A stretch of DNA of 64,000 bases from an uncultured Alphaproteobacteria bacterium (GTDB lineage: Bacteria > Pseudomonadota > Alphaproteobacteria > Rhizobiales > Aestuariivirgaceae). Every line of letters begins with the position of its first letter. Within the stretch, counting starts at the first letter, position 1. The notes under the pieces are model-generated. The model did no database searches. It had not been told where the DNA came from and saw only the letters and a list, made by a program, of their open reading frames with translations. This document shows, piece after piece, positions 45,603 through 55,400 of this stretch. Location: the NCBI GenBank assembly GCA_963770075.1, contig CAVYOQ010000070.1, positions 1 through 64,000 on the forward strand. The letters run 5' to 3'. Made by a program: the position numbers and the translations under genes.

Positions 45603-46382
45603 ATGCCCGAGGCAAGCGGCGAAACAGTGGCGGCGGACGCCTTGACCCGCGGGGTCGGCGTACTCGTGCGCGAGGGCCGTTCGCGCGCCGGGCTGACGCG
45701 GCGGGCGCTGGCAGCGGAGGCCGGCGTTTCCGAGCGTTATCTGGCGCTGCTCGAGGCGGGAAGCGCCAATGTCTCGCTCAACCTGCTGGCCCGCATCGGC
45801 GAGGCGCTGGGGGTGTCCATCCATGCCCTCATCCCGCCCGAGGCGCCGCGCCGTGCAGCAGACAAAAAGGGCGTTGCCCTCATCGGCCTGCGCGGCGCCG
45901 GCAAGTCGACGCTGGGCGAGCGGCTGAGCAAGCAGACGGGGCTGCCCTTCGTGCGCCTGACGCAAGAGATCGTCGAGCGCGCCGGCATGGAGACGGGCGA
46001 GCTGATGGAGCTGGCCGGATCGGGCGCCTTCCGCCGGCTGGAGATCGAGGCGCTGCAAGGCCTGGTGGCGCGGCCCGGGCCTATCGTTCTGGAAACCAGT
46101 GGCGGTATCGTCGCCGATACCGAAGCCTTCGAGCTGGTGCGCCGACACTTCCACACCGTTTGGGTGAAGGCGGCTCCCGAGGACCACATGGCCCGCGTCA
46201 TCGCCCAGAACGATTTTCGCCCCATGGCCGGGCGAGACGCGGCGATTGACGATCTGCGCCGCCTCTTGGTCGAGCGCGAGGCGACCTATGCGCAAGCCGA
46301 TTTCGTGCTCGATACACATGGCGTTTCGGTGGACGAGGCGGCGCAACGCCTCTCTCACATGCTGTCGCCGCTGCTGTCCTGA
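45603..46382 (+). CDS. boxR: BoxR/BzdR-type regulator: XRE-family HTH fused to a shikimate-kinase-like domain
   Basis: N-terminal HTH (…LTRRALAAEAGVSERYLALLEAG…) and a C-terminal P-loop (GLRGAGKSTLG) with a shikimate kinase fold. It is divergent from boxC across an AT-rich 75-bp spacer. Confidence 0.75.
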   Translation: MPEASGETVAADALTRGVGVLVREGRSRAGLTRRALAAEAGVSERYLALLEAGSANVSLNLLARIGEALGVSIHALIPPEAPRRAADKKGVALIGLRGAGKSTLGERLSKQTGLPFVRLTQEIVERAGMETGELMELAGSGAFRRLEIEALQGLVARPGPIVLETSGGIVADTEAFELVRRHFHTVWVKAAPEDHMARVIAQNDFRPMAGRDAAIDDLRRLLVEREATYAQADFVLDTHGVSVDEAAQRLSHMLSPLLS

Positions 46383-46851
46383 TCGGGCTTGAGCACGATG
46401 ACGGGAAAGTTGCTATGGGCTTCCGGAGCCTTGAGGTCCGCGGCTGTTGCCCGGCGACGTCGGCGGCAAATCGCGCAAAGGCCGAGGCGGGCGCCGCCAT
46501 GTCGAGGCCTCTATGCGCAAGGCCCTCGCCAGGTGAGTTCTGCGCAATTTCGGTGGCCAGGCGTTCAAAGGCGTTGCGCTTGCCCATGGCGAGCTTGAGG
46601 CAGGCATTGGCCATCTGGATGAGGGTGCGCAGGGTCTGGCGGCGGGCGCTGTTGGGGGTGGCCGCCATCCACGGCGCCTCCCACACCTCGTGCGCCTCCC
46701 AGAAGAAGCCGTGATTATAGAGATCGGCGCCATAGGCGAAGGCGTCTCCCCGCTCGGCGGTGGCCGCCTTCAGCACGGCCTTGTCCGGCACGCTGCCGCT
46801 GCCGGGGATATGGCGCCGGGCGGGCATGGCATGGTGGGTGTGGCGCTTCAT
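46198..46851 (-). CDS. DUF309-domain protein; 3' boundary uncertain
   Basis: HEVWEAPW motif (…YNHGFFWEAHEVWEAPW…). The ORF frame continues 185 bp into boxR on the opposite strand with a low-complexity tail. The true stop is probably near 46385, or a frameshift is present. Confidence 0.45.
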   Translation of the reverse strand: MKRHTHHAMPARRHIPGSGSVPDKAVLKAATAERGDAFAYGADLYNHGFFWEAHEVWEAPWMAATPNSARRQTLRTLIQMANACLKLAMGKRNAFERLATEIAQNSPGEGLAHRGLDMAAPASAFARFAADVAGQQPRTSRLRKPIATFPSSCSSPIRTAAATACERGVAPPRPPKRHVYRARNRLAHRSPRARPRGGADRQSPRLARPWGENRSGR

Positions 46852-46968
46852 GGGTGCGGCGCCGCAGCCGTCATTGGACAAAGGTCGCAATCCATGAACA
46901 CACGCGAAGGCCTCGCCCCTTGGGCTTCTGGACCCCGGCCTGCGCCGGGGTGACGATGGTCCACGAAA

Positions 46969-47757
46969 TCACGCTTCGAGCCCCCCAACAAACCGCGTGA
47001 TCGCCGCGATGGTTTTTTCAGGCTGTTCGCGCTGGGGGGAGTGGCCGCAAGCGGAAAGCACCAGGCGCTCGACCGGTCCCGCGATCAGGCGCTCAGCCGT
47101 ATCGATGTGGGCGAGGGTGCCGTATTCATCGTCCTCCCCCTGGATCAGGAGCGAGGGCACGCGGATATGCGGCAGGTACTCGGTGATATCCCACTGGCGG
47201 GCACCGGGATCAAGCCAGGCGCTGTTCCAGCCGTAGAAGGCCACATCCACATTGTCGCCGTGATGGCGCTTGAGGCGCTCGCGCAGATCGCCAGCCTCAT
47301 AGGACTGGCGGGCTTCGGCGATGCTTTCGACGCTCACGTCCTCGACGAAGAAATGCGGCGCCATCAGGACAAGCCCGGCAAGCTCCGGACGCGCGAGCGA
47401 GCCGGCGTAGATGGCGGCGATGGAAGCGCCGTCGGAGTGGCCGACGAGCACGGTGTGGGAAAAGCCGGCAGCTTCAATGACGCCGGGGAGCACATCGCGT
47501 GCCTCGTCGTGCATGTAGGAGAGCGGGCGTGGCAGCGGCACCGGCGACGAGCGCCCGTAGCCGGCGCGCGAATAGGCCAAGACGGGTGAACCGGTGGCGG
47601 CCGTCAGCGCCTGAGGGAAATCGCGCCACTGGCTCACCGAGCCGAGGCCCTCGTGCAGCAGGATTAGGCCGAGCCCACTTGGGTTCATCCCGCTGATGCG
47701 CAAGACTTCGAGCCGATGGCCGCCGATCTCGATGAAGTCCAAATCTCCTGCGCTCAT
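46969..47757 (-). CDS. Alpha/beta-hydrolase fold protein
   Basis: GHSDG nucleophile elbow and a catalytic triad spacing. Its start at 47757 overlaps the ligase stop (ATGA), suggesting translational coupling. Confidence 0.75.
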   Translation of the reverse strand: MSAGDLDFIEIGGHRLEVLRISGMNPSGLGLILLHEGLGSVSQWRDFPQALTAATGSPVLAYSRAGYGRSSPVPLPRPLSYMHDEARDVLPGVIEAAGFSHTVLVGHSDGASIAAIYAGSLARPELAGLVLMAPHFFVEDVSVESIAEARQSYEAGDLRERLKRHHGDNVDVAFYGWNSAWLDPGARQWDITEYLPHIRVPSLLIQGEDDEYGTLAHIDTAERLIAGPVERLVLSACGHSPQREQPEKTIAAITRFVGGLEA

Positions 47758-49295
47758 CCCGGCGACCTGAGTTTGAAGCGCTGGATCTTGCCGGTGGCGG
47801 TCTTGGGCAGCGCATCGACGAACTCGATCCAGCGCGGATATTTCCATTTGCCGATCTTGGTTTTCACGTGTTCCTTGAGCTCGTCAAAAAGCCCGTCGGG
47901 CGAAGTGCCTTCTTTCAGAACCACGAAGGCCTTCGGCTTGGTGAGTCCTTCCTCGTCGGCCTCGGCCACGACGCCTGCTTCCAGCACCGCCGGATGCGAG
48001 ATGAGGGCGGCCTCCACCTCGAACGGCGAGACCCAGATGCCGGAGACCTTGAACATGTCGTCGGTGCGCCCGCAGATGTGGTAATAGCCTTCATCGTCGC
48101 GGAAGTACTTATCGCCGGTGCGCGTCCAGCGGCCCTCGAAGGTGGCGCGCGATTTTTGCCGATGGTTCCAGTAGCCGATGGCCGACGACAGCCCGTCGAC
48201 TAGTAATTCGCCGATCTCGCCCTGTGCCACCTCGGCGCCGTTCTCGCCGACAAGCCGCAAGCCATAGCCGGGCACTGCCTTGCCTTGCGTGCCGTAGCGC
48301 ACATCGTCCGGCGCGTTGGAAAGAAAGATGTGCAGCATCTCGGTCGAGCCGACGCCGTCGATGATGTTGACGCCGAAGCGCGCCTTCCAGCCCTTGCCCA
48401 CCTCTTCCGGCAGCGCCTCGCCGGCCGACACGCACAGGCGCAGCGCGGCGGAGCCGTTCTCGCGCGTGCAGTGGGGGTGGGCGAGCATGGCGGCGTAGAG
48501 TGTCGGCACGCCGAAGAAGAGGGTCGGCTGATGCGCCTTCATGGTGGCGAAGATGGCATCGGGCGTGGGGCGGCCGGGAAACAGGACGGTGGTGGCGCCG
48601 ACCGCCATGGGAAAGGTGAGGGCGTTGCCGAGCCCGTAGGCAAAGAAGATCTTTGCCGCTGAAAACACCTTGTCGTCGGGGCGGATGCCGAGCACCTCTT
48701 TGCCGTAGGTGAGCGCGGTCTCCATGAGGCTCGAATGGATGTGCATGACACCCTTGGGATTGCCGGTCGAGCCGGAGGAATAGAGCCAGAAGGCAACCTC
48801 GTCGGCGAGTGTCGGCGCGGTGGCGAAGTCCGCAGAAGCGTTGGCCATGAAATCGGCGAAGGAGGCATGCCCGCCGGCTTCGCCGCCAACCACGACCACC
48901 TTTTCGACCGCAGTGTGCTTGACGATGTCTGCCACCGCGGGCAGCAGGGCGGGCGAGACGAACAGCACGCGGGTGCGCGAATCGGCCAGCATGTAGCGGT
49001 ATTGCTCTGCCGCCAGCAGCGTGTTGAGGAGCACCGGCACCACGCCCGCGCGGATCGCGCCCCAGAACAGCACCGGGTAGTCGGCGGTATCGAGCAAGAG
49101 CAGGGCAACGCGGTCCTCGCGCCTGAGCCCCAGGGCATCCGTCAGCATGTTGGCGGCCTGGCAGCTGAGGCGTTGCAGATCGCCGTAGCTGATGCTTTGG
49201 GCCTCGTCGACGAAGGCAGGGTGGTCGCCGCGTCCGGCCTCCACGTGGCGGTCGATGAAATCGCTGGCGGCGTTGTAGTCGCGCGGAAAGTCCAT
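47754..49295 (-). CDS. Aryl-CoA ligase (benzoate-CoA ligase family; substrate could be benzoate, 2-aminobenzoate or salicylate)
   Basis: AMP-binding motifs (YSSGSTGNPKG, …GYWNHRQKSR…, …GKIQRFKLR) and overall similarity to BclA/BadA-type ligases. Confidence 0.85.
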   Translation of the reverse strand: MDFPRDYNAASDFIDRHVEAGRGDHPAFVDEAQSISYGDLQRLSCQAANMLTDALGLRREDRVALLLLDTADYPVLFWGAIRAGVVPVLLNTLLAAEQYRYMLADSRTRVLFVSPALLPAVADIVKHTAVEKVVVVGGEAGGHASFADFMANASADFATAPTLADEVAFWLYSSGSTGNPKGVMHIHSSLMETALTYGKEVLGIRPDDKVFSAAKIFFAYGLGNALTFPMAVGATTVLFPGRPTPDAIFATMKAHQPTLFFGVPTLYAAMLAHPHCTRENGSAALRLCVSAGEALPEEVGKGWKARFGVNIIDGVGSTEMLHIFLSNAPDDVRYGTQGKAVPGYGLRLVGENGAEVAQGEIGELLVDGLSSAIGYWNHRQKSRATFEGRWTRTGDKYFRDDEGYYHICGRTDDMFKVSGIWVSPFEVEAALISHPAVLEAGVVAEADEEGLTKPKAFVVLKEGTSPDGLFDELKEHVKTKIGKWKYPRWIEFVDALPKTATGKIQRFKLRSPG

Positions 49296-49320
49296 GGGGC
49301 ATTCTCCCTTTTGGCGCTAG

Positions 49321-50022
49321 TTACACGCCGAGATAGCGCTGCTGCAAGGTTGGATCGTTGCGGATGTCGTCGGAACGGCCGGTCCACACGATCCTGCCCT
49401 TTTCGATGATGTGGTGGCGGTCGGCCAGCCGCACGAGGTCGGAGACGTTCTTGTCCACCACCAGGATGGCGAGCCCTTCCGAGCGGATGGCCGCCAGCGC
49501 TGCCCAGATCTTTTGCCGGATGAGCGGGGCGAGGCCCTCGGTCGCCTCATCGAGGATGACGAGATGCGGGTTGGTCATCAGCGCCCGGCCGATGGCGAGC
49601 ATCTGCTGTTCGCCGCCCGACAGGAGATTGCCCATCGAGGACCGCCGCGCCGCTAGTTCGGGAAACAGCTTGTAAACCCGCTCCTTCGTCCACGGGCTGG
49701 CGCTGCCCGAGCGGTTGGCGGCGGTGGCGATGAGGTTTTCCTCAACGCTGAGATTGGGGAACACCTGCCGGCCCTCCGGCACCAGGCCGATGCCGAGCTG
49801 GGCGGTGCGGAAGGAGGTGAGGCGCGCCACCTCTTGGCCCGCGAAGGTGATGGAGCCCGCAGCCGGCCTGACGATGCCCATGATCGAGTTGATGGTGGTG
49901 GTCTTGCCCATGCCGTTGCGTCCGAGGAGCGTCGCCACCTCGCCCTCGCCCACGTCGAGGTCGACGCCGAACAGCACCTGGCTGGGGCCATAGGATGTCT
50001 CGAGGCCGCGCACTGAGAGCAT
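49321..50022 (-). CDS. Branched-chain amino acid-type ABC transporter ATP-binding protein (LivF-like)
   Basis: Walker A (GRNGMGKTT) and ABC signature (LSGGEQQ). Confidence 0.85.
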   Translation of the reverse strand: MLSVRGLETSYGPSQVLFGVDLDVGEGEVATLLGRNGMGKTTTINSIMGIVRPAAGSITFAGQEVARLTSFRTAQLGIGLVPEGRQVFPNLSVEENLIATAANRSGSASPWTKERVYKLFPELAARRSSMGNLLSGGEQQMLAIGRALMTNPHLVILDEATEGLAPLIRQKIWAALAAIRSEGLAILVVDKNVSDLVRLADRHHIIEKGRIVWTGRSDDIRNDPTLQQRYLGV

Positions 50023-50025
50023 CGC

Positions 50026-50772
50026 CTATTCCTCCCCCAGATAGGCGCGCTTGACCGCCTCGTTGGCGCGGATGTCGGCAGGGGCGCCGGAGGCGATGAC
50101 CTTGCCGTAGACGAGGACCGAGATGCGGTCGGCCAGCGCGAACACGGCGTCCATGTCGTGCTCGACCAGCAGCATGGCGGTCGAGCCTTTCAGGCCCTTG
50201 AGAATGGCGATCATGCGCGCCGATTCCTCCGGGCCCATGCCGGCCATGGGTTCATCGAGCAGGAGAAGGCGTGGGTGCGCCGCCAACGCCATGGCGATCT
50301 CGAGCTGGCGCCGCTCGCCATGCGACAGGGTGCCGACCATGGCGCCGGCGCGATCGGCGATGCCCACTTTTTCGAGCGCGGCAAGCGCCGGCGCTTCGAT
50401 GCGCTCATCGCCGGCGGCCGGGCGCCAGAAGCGGAAGGAATGTCCCTCGTGCGCCTGCACCGCCAGCGCCACGTTCTGCAATGCCGTCATGCCGGAAAAC
50501 AGGCTGGTGATCTGGAAGGAACGTGCCAGTCCCACCAGCGCCCGCTTGTGGGCGGCGAGCCGGGTGATGTCGCGGCCGGAAAAGCGGATCTCGCCGCCGT
50601 CGGGTGTAACCAGTCCGGAAAGCTGCGAGATGAGCGTGGTCTTGCCGGCCCCGTTGGGACCGATCACGGCATGCACTTCATGCGGCTCGACGGTCAGCCC
50701 GACCCCGTCGGTGGCGCGCACGCCGCCAAAGCTCTTGGCAAGGCTGATGACCTCCAGCAGCGGTTCGCTCAT
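50026..50772 (-). CDS. ABC transporter ATP-binding protein (LivG-like)
   Basis: Walker A (GPNGAGKTT) and signature (LSHGERRQ). Confidence 0.85.
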   Translation of the reverse strand: MSEPLLEVISLAKSFGGVRATDGVGLTVEPHEVHAVIGPNGAGKTTLISQLSGLVTPDGGEIRFSGRDITRLAAHKRALVGLARSFQITSLFSGMTALQNVALAVQAHEGHSFRFWRPAAGDERIEAPALAALEKVGIADRAGAMVGTLSHGERRQLEIAMALAAHPRLLLLDEPMAGMGPEESARMIAILKGLKGSTAMLLVEHDMDAVFALADRISVLVYGKVIASGAPADIRANEAVKRAYLGEE

Positions 50773-51800
50773 CGCCGCTTCCCCAGCCGTTCGAAGAGGC
50801 CGGTAAGGCCGCCGCGCTGATAGAGCACCGTGGCGATGAGAAGCAGCCCGAAGGGAAGCTGCCAGTCATGCTCGATGTTGGGAAAGGTCGCGTGCAGATG
50901 GGTGAGATCGGCGAGCCAGCCGAGGAACGGACCAAGGTATTCCTCCAGCACCAGAATGACGACGGCCCCCATGACGGGGCCGAACAGCGTGCCCGCGCCG
51001 CCGAGGATGACCATGAACATGAGATCGCCCGAGCGTGTCCAGCCCATCATGCTCGGGGTGATGAAGTTGGTGAAATCGCCCAGCAGCGCCCCGCCATAGC
51101 CACCGATCGCCCCGGCGATGACATAGGCGACGAGCCGGTAGGCATAGGTGTTGTAGCCGATGGCGATCATGCGCGTCTCGTTGGCCCTGGCGCCTTGCAG
51201 CACCGCGCCGAAGCGCGAATTGACCAGCCGGTGCTTGAGGAAGAGGACGACGACGAGCGAGACGAAAGCGAGGAGAAAGAGCTGCGGGCGATGCTCCAGA
51301 TTGAGCCCCGGCAGCGTCGAGCGGTTGTAGATGGTGAGGCCGTCGTCGCCGCCATATTCGTCCAGCGACAGGAACAGGTAATAGGCCATCTGGGCGAACG
51401 CCATGGTGATCATGATGAAATAGACCCCGCGCGTCCTCAGGCACACCGCGCCGGTGAGGAAGGCGAACAGGGTTGACACGGCGATTGCCAGCGGAAAGTG
51501 CAGGAGACCGGAAGTGTAGCCGTAAAAGGCGGGGATGCCGACGCAATAGGCGCCGATGCCGATGAAGGCGGCATGGCCGAAGGAGATGAGCCCGCCATAG
51601 CCGAGGATGAAATTGAGGCTCGAGGCGATGATGGCGAGAATGACGATGCGGGTGGCGAAGTCGATATAGAAGCGATGCCCGCCCCACCAGGCAATCAGCG
51701 GCAGGGTGAACAGCAGCACGAGCACGACCAGCCCGGCGATGTTGCCGGGCGCCACTGAGCGCAGGCGGTCGAGCCTCGATTTGGCGGGCGCGGGCGGCAT
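50769..51800 (-). CDS. ABC transporter permease (LivM-like)
   Basis: Multi-transmembrane permease. Start chosen at MPPAPAKS (51800); the rest of the 527-aa track ORF overlaps the LivH-like gene in another frame. Confidence 0.8.
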   Translation of the reverse strand: MPPAPAKSRLDRLRSVAPGNIAGLVVLVLLFTLPLIAWWGGHRFYIDFATRIVILAIIASSLNFILGYGGLISFGHAAFIGIGAYCVGIPAFYGYTSGLLHFPLAIAVSTLFAFLTGAVCLRTRGVYFIMITMAFAQMAYYLFLSLDEYGGDDGLTIYNRSTLPGLNLEHRPQLFLLAFVSLVVVLFLKHRLVNSRFGAVLQGARANETRMIAIGYNTYAYRLVAYVIAGAIGGYGGALLGDFTNFITPSMMGWTRSGDLMFMVILGGAGTLFGPVMGAVVILVLEEYLGPFLGWLADLTHLHATFPNIEHDWQLPFGLLLIATVLYQRGGLTGLFERLGKRR

Positions 51801-51805
51801 GCAAC

Positions 51806-52729
51806 TCACCGCGTCTTGGGCGGGAACAGGCCCTGCGGCCTGAGCGCCAGGATGGCCGCCATGAGGATGTAGATGAGCATGGCCGACAGGGCCGGCGCCG
51901 CCGTCTCGGCGGCGGTGAGCGGCATGAACATTTTCAGGATGCCGTCGAGATAGGAGCGTCCGAGCGTGTCGATGAGGCCGATGAGGATGGAGGCAACGAA
52001 GGCCCCCTTCATCGAGCCGATGCCGCCGACGATGATCACCACAAAGGCGGTGATGATGATGCTGTTGCCCATGCCGATGGCGGCATCGGTGATGGGCGCG
52101 ATCAGCATGCCAGCGAAGCCCGCCAGCACCGCGCCCAAGGCAAAGACGCCGGTAAAGAGTGCATCGATGTTGACGCCGAGCGCCGAGACCATGGTGCGGT
52201 TGGAGGCGCCCGCCCGGATCAGCATGCCGAGCCTTGTGTGATTGACCAGCCAGTAAAGCAGGCCGGCGATGGCGAGGCCGGCGACGATGATGACCACCCG
52301 GTAGGCGGGGACGATGATTCCGCTCGCCAGCTCGATCTGTCCGCGCAACCACAGCGGCAGGGGCACCGACACGCTTTCCGGCCCCCAGATCATTTGCGCC
52401 AGGGTGTCGAGCGCAAGCAGCAGCCCGAAGGTGGCGAGCACATGGTCGAGATGGTCGCGGCTATAGAGCGGGCGCACGATGAGGCGCTCCAGCGCAACAC
52501 CGATCACCGCCACGATGGGCAGCGCCAGCACCACCGCGAGGATGAAGGAGCCGAGCGCAAGCGTCAGCTTGGCGGCGATGTAGGCTCCCAGCATGTAGAC
52601 GGCGCCATGGGCGAGGTTGACGAAGTCCATGATGCCGAACACCAGCGTCAGCCCCGCCGCCAGCAGAAACAGCAGCACGCCGAGCTGCAGCCCGTTCAGC
52701 AACTGGATCACCAGGAGGCCGGTGTTCAT
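51806..52729 (-). CDS. ABC transporter permease (LivH-like)
   Basis: 307-aa BPD-transporter inner-membrane component. Confidence 0.85.
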   Translation of the reverse strand: MNTGLLVIQLLNGLQLGVLLFLLAAGLTLVFGIMDFVNLAHGAVYMLGAYIAAKLTLALGSFILAVVLALPIVAVIGVALERLIVRPLYSRDHLDHVLATFGLLLALDTLAQMIWGPESVSVPLPLWLRGQIELASGIIVPAYRVVIIVAGLAIAGLLYWLVNHTRLGMLIRAGASNRTMVSALGVNIDALFTGVFALGAVLAGFAGMLIAPITDAAIGMGNSIIITAFVVIIVGGIGSMKGAFVASILIGLIDTLGRSYLDGILKMFMPLTAAETAAPALSAMLIYILMAAILALRPQGLFPPKTR

Positions 52730-52975
52730 CGCTCCCCTTTCACCGCCTTGTTTCGTCCATCATGACATTTCCGCCGGCCCTGCGCCAAGCGCCGCCTGTG
52801 CAGGGTCATCGCCCGGACGGTGTTTTTGACCCACGCCATAATCAACAGTTGTCATGCCCGCCCGTGCCCGCGGGCATCGATGGCCACCGCCCTCGCAAAT
52901 TGGCCGCCGGCGATGGCAAAGGATTGCCGCAACAAGCCCGGCAATGACGGTTGTTGATGGAAGCGTCGACGTGCG

Positions 52976-53009
52976 CCGGGCATATACTTGGCGCGGGAAA
53001 ACCGGATCC
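52976..53009 (-). terminator. Rho-independent terminator after the substrate-binding-protein gene
   Basis: On the minus strand, ccggatccggc-ccccgc-gccggatccgg (11-bp stem) is followed by UUUU. Confidence 0.6.
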
Positions 53010-53040
53010 GGCGCGGGGGCCGGATCCGGCGTCCTAGAGC

Positions 53041-54216
53041 CTATTTCATCGGGCAGTCCTTGGCGTGGCTGTCCTGGTTCATGGTGTAGACGGTGCGCGC
53101 CACCTTGGTCGTCCACTTGCCATCGGCATCGGTGACCACCTCGCGCAGGTAGAAATTCTCGATGGGGAAGTGATTGGGGCCCATCTTGAACTCGCCGCGC
53201 ACCGAGGGGAAGTCCGCCTTCTCCAGCGCGGCACGCACGGCATCGTGATTGGAGAGGTCGCCCTTCACCGCCTCGACCGCGCCCTTGATGTAGTTCATCG
53301 CGTCATAAGCCTGCGCGGCATAGAAGGAGGGATAGCTGCCGTACTTGGCCTTGAATTCGGAGACGAACTTCTTGTTCGCCGCATTGTCGAGGGTGGGGTC
53401 CCAGAACTGGGTCAGACGGCTGCCGAGCACGTCGATGCCGCCCGCCTGCAGCCGTGGCAGCGACAGGGCATCGATGGTGAAGACGGTGTAGAGCTTGAGC
53501 GAGTCCTTGAGGCCAGCCTGGACGTACTGCTTGAGGAAGGCCCCGCCGGGCTTGCCTGGGTAGAAGGCAAACAGCGCCTCGGCGCCCGAGGCCTTGGCCT
53601 TGGCGAGCTCGGCCGAGAAGTCGAGCTGGCTCGGCCACTTGGTCAGATCCTTGCCCTTGATCTCGCCCTTGAATGTGGACTCAGCCCCCGCCGCCATGTC
53701 CTTGCCGGCGGCATAGTTGGGCGACATGATGTAGACCGACTTGATGCCGAGCTGGTTGAGCACCTCGCCCATGGCCTGCGGCGTCTGGTCGTTCTGCCAG
53801 GAGATGTTGAAGAAGTCCTTCTGGCACTGGGCGCCGGCGAGCTGCGACGGCCCGGCATTGGCGCTGATGAGGAACTTGCCCGCATCCATGGCCGACTTGA
53901 CCGAGGCGAGCAGCACGTTGGACCAGATATAGCCGGTGACGAAGTCGACATTGTCCTCGTTCACCAGCTTGTCGGTTGCCTGCTTGCCGGTCTCGGGCTT
54001 GAAGCCGTCATCGGCGAAGATGAGGTTGACGTCGAGCCCGGCCATCTTGCCGCCCATGTCCTCGACCGCCAGCTCGGCTGCCTTCTTCATGTCGTTGCCG
54101 ATGACGGCGGCACCTGTGGTGAGCGTGGTGACGAAGCCGATCTTGACTTCGGCGGCCGTCGAGGCCGTTGCGCTGACGCCCAAGACAAGCGCCGTGGCCA
54201 GCAATTTGCGGATCAT
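53041..54216 (-). CDS. Periplasmic substrate-binding protein of the Liv-type ABC importer (candidate aromatic-acid binding)
   Basis: Signal peptide (MIRKLLATALVLGVSATASTAAEV) and a Peripla_BP_6 fold. Start at 54216. Confidence 0.85.
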   Translation of the reverse strand: MIRKLLATALVLGVSATASTAAEVKIGFVTTLTTGAAVIGNDMKKAAELAVEDMGGKMAGLDVNLIFADDGFKPETGKQATDKLVNEDNVDFVTGYIWSNVLLASVKSAMDAGKFLISANAGPSQLAGAQCQKDFFNISWQNDQTPQAMGEVLNQLGIKSVYIMSPNYAAGKDMAAGAESTFKGEIKGKDLTKWPSQLDFSAELAKAKASGAEALFAFYPGKPGGAFLKQYVQAGLKDSLKLYTVFTIDALSLPRLQAGGIDVLGSRLTQFWDPTLDNAANKKFVSEFKAKYGSYPSFYAAQAYDAMNYIKGAVEAVKGDLSNHDAVRAALEKADFPSVRGEFKMGPNHFPIENFYLREVVTDADGKWTTKVARTVYTMNQDSHAKDCPMK

Positions 54217-54359
54217 TCTCTTCCTCCCTGTGAGCGTTTCCGTTGGCGGAAACTGTTTTGCTTCGAAGCGTTCATGCGCAAGGCTTGCATGAGAGGCGCG
54301 ATTATACAGGCCTCGCGCCCCCGGGCCAGAGTTTTGGTTGGCGTGCCGATACCCCGCCG

Positions 54360-55385
54360 TCACGCGTTGCCGCGGTCCTCACGGTAGAGGCCGAGCTTTT
54401 CCTGCACCGGGCGGTCGGAATAGCTGAACAGCACGCTGTCTTCGCCCGCCTCGTGGCTGACCGGCTGCCAGCTCGGCACCACGAAGATGTCGCGTTCTCC
54501 CCAATGGAACGTTTCATCGCCGATGGTGCTCGAGCCCTTGCCTTCCACGCACACGAAGACGGTGGCGTCGGTCGAGCGGAAGCGGGCGGTGGAAAAGCCT
54601 TTGGGCAGAAGCTGCAGGAAGGTGCCCATGGTGGGCATGGCGTAATCGCCGTCGACCGGGTTGACATAGCGCATCTTGAGGCCGTGGCATGGATCCCATT
54701 CGGCCTCCCCCTTGAGGGTCTCGAGTGCAGCGCGTGAGCGCTCGTAGGGATAGTTGAAGATGGGCGAGGACTTGTCCCTCGCCTCGTAGTCGACCGGCAA
54801 CAGTCCTTGCCCGTAGCGCGCCGGCGATGATCCGGCCGGGCGGGTGACCGGTTGCTCGTCGGCGCCCAGTGGCTCGGCGAAGGAGGCATCGAGGAACTGC
54901 ACCAGCGGGATGTCGAGCCCGTCGAGCCACACCATGGGTTCATCCGAGGTGTTGCCGTGATCGTGCCAGGCCCATTGCGGGGTGATGACGAAGTCGCCGG
55001 GCTGCATGAAGGTGCGCTCGCCGTCGACCGCGGTATGGGCGCCGGCACCTTCCAGCACGAAGCGCAGCGCTGTCTGCGAATGGCGGTGGGCCGGCGCCAC
55101 TTCGCCCGGCAGCACCAGTTGCAGGCCGGCATAGAGCGAGGTGGTGATCTTCGACTGGCCCCTGAGGCCCGGGTTCTCGAGGATCAGGACGCGGCGTTCG
55201 GCTTCCTTGGCGGTGATGAGCTCGCCGGCGCGCATGAGGTGGGGGCGGATGTCGTCGTAGCGCCACAGATGCGCCCGGCAGCCGCTCCTGGGCTCCCTGG
55301 TGATGAGCGAGCCCATCACCGTCCACAGGGCCGTGAGGTTGGCCGGGTCGATGTCCTTGTAAAAGGCTTCGCGCTTGTCCGTCAT
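54360..55385 (-). CDS. Gentisate 1,2-dioxygenase (bicupin)
   Basis: 341-aa bicupin with His ligands (…[11 protein letters not shown]…H…) and a size typical of gentisate 1,2-dioxygenase. Confidence 0.8.
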   Translation of the reverse strand: MTDKREAFYKDIDPANLTALWTVMGSLITREPRSGCRAHLWRYDDIRPHLMRAGELITAKEAERRVLILENPGLRGQSKITTSLYAGLQLVLPGEVAPAHRHSQTALRFVLEGAGAHTAVDGERTFMQPGDFVITPQWAWHDHGNTSDEPMVWLDGLDIPLVQFLDASFAEPLGADEQPVTRPAGSSPARYGQGLLPVDYEARDKSSPIFNYPYERSRAALETLKGEAEWDPCHGLKMRYVNPVDGDYAMPTMGTFLQLLPKGFSTARFRSTDATVFVCVEGKGSSTIGDETFHWGERDIFVVPSWQPVSHEAGEDSVLFSYSDRPVQEKLGLYREDRGNA

Positions 55386-55400
55386 CGTCCGCTCCTAGGG

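Noticed and set aside
53065-54387. 440-aa ORF on the plus strand
   Set aside because: Antisense to the ABC substrate-binding-protein gene. The composition is highly Gly/Arg/Glu-biased. Spurious.
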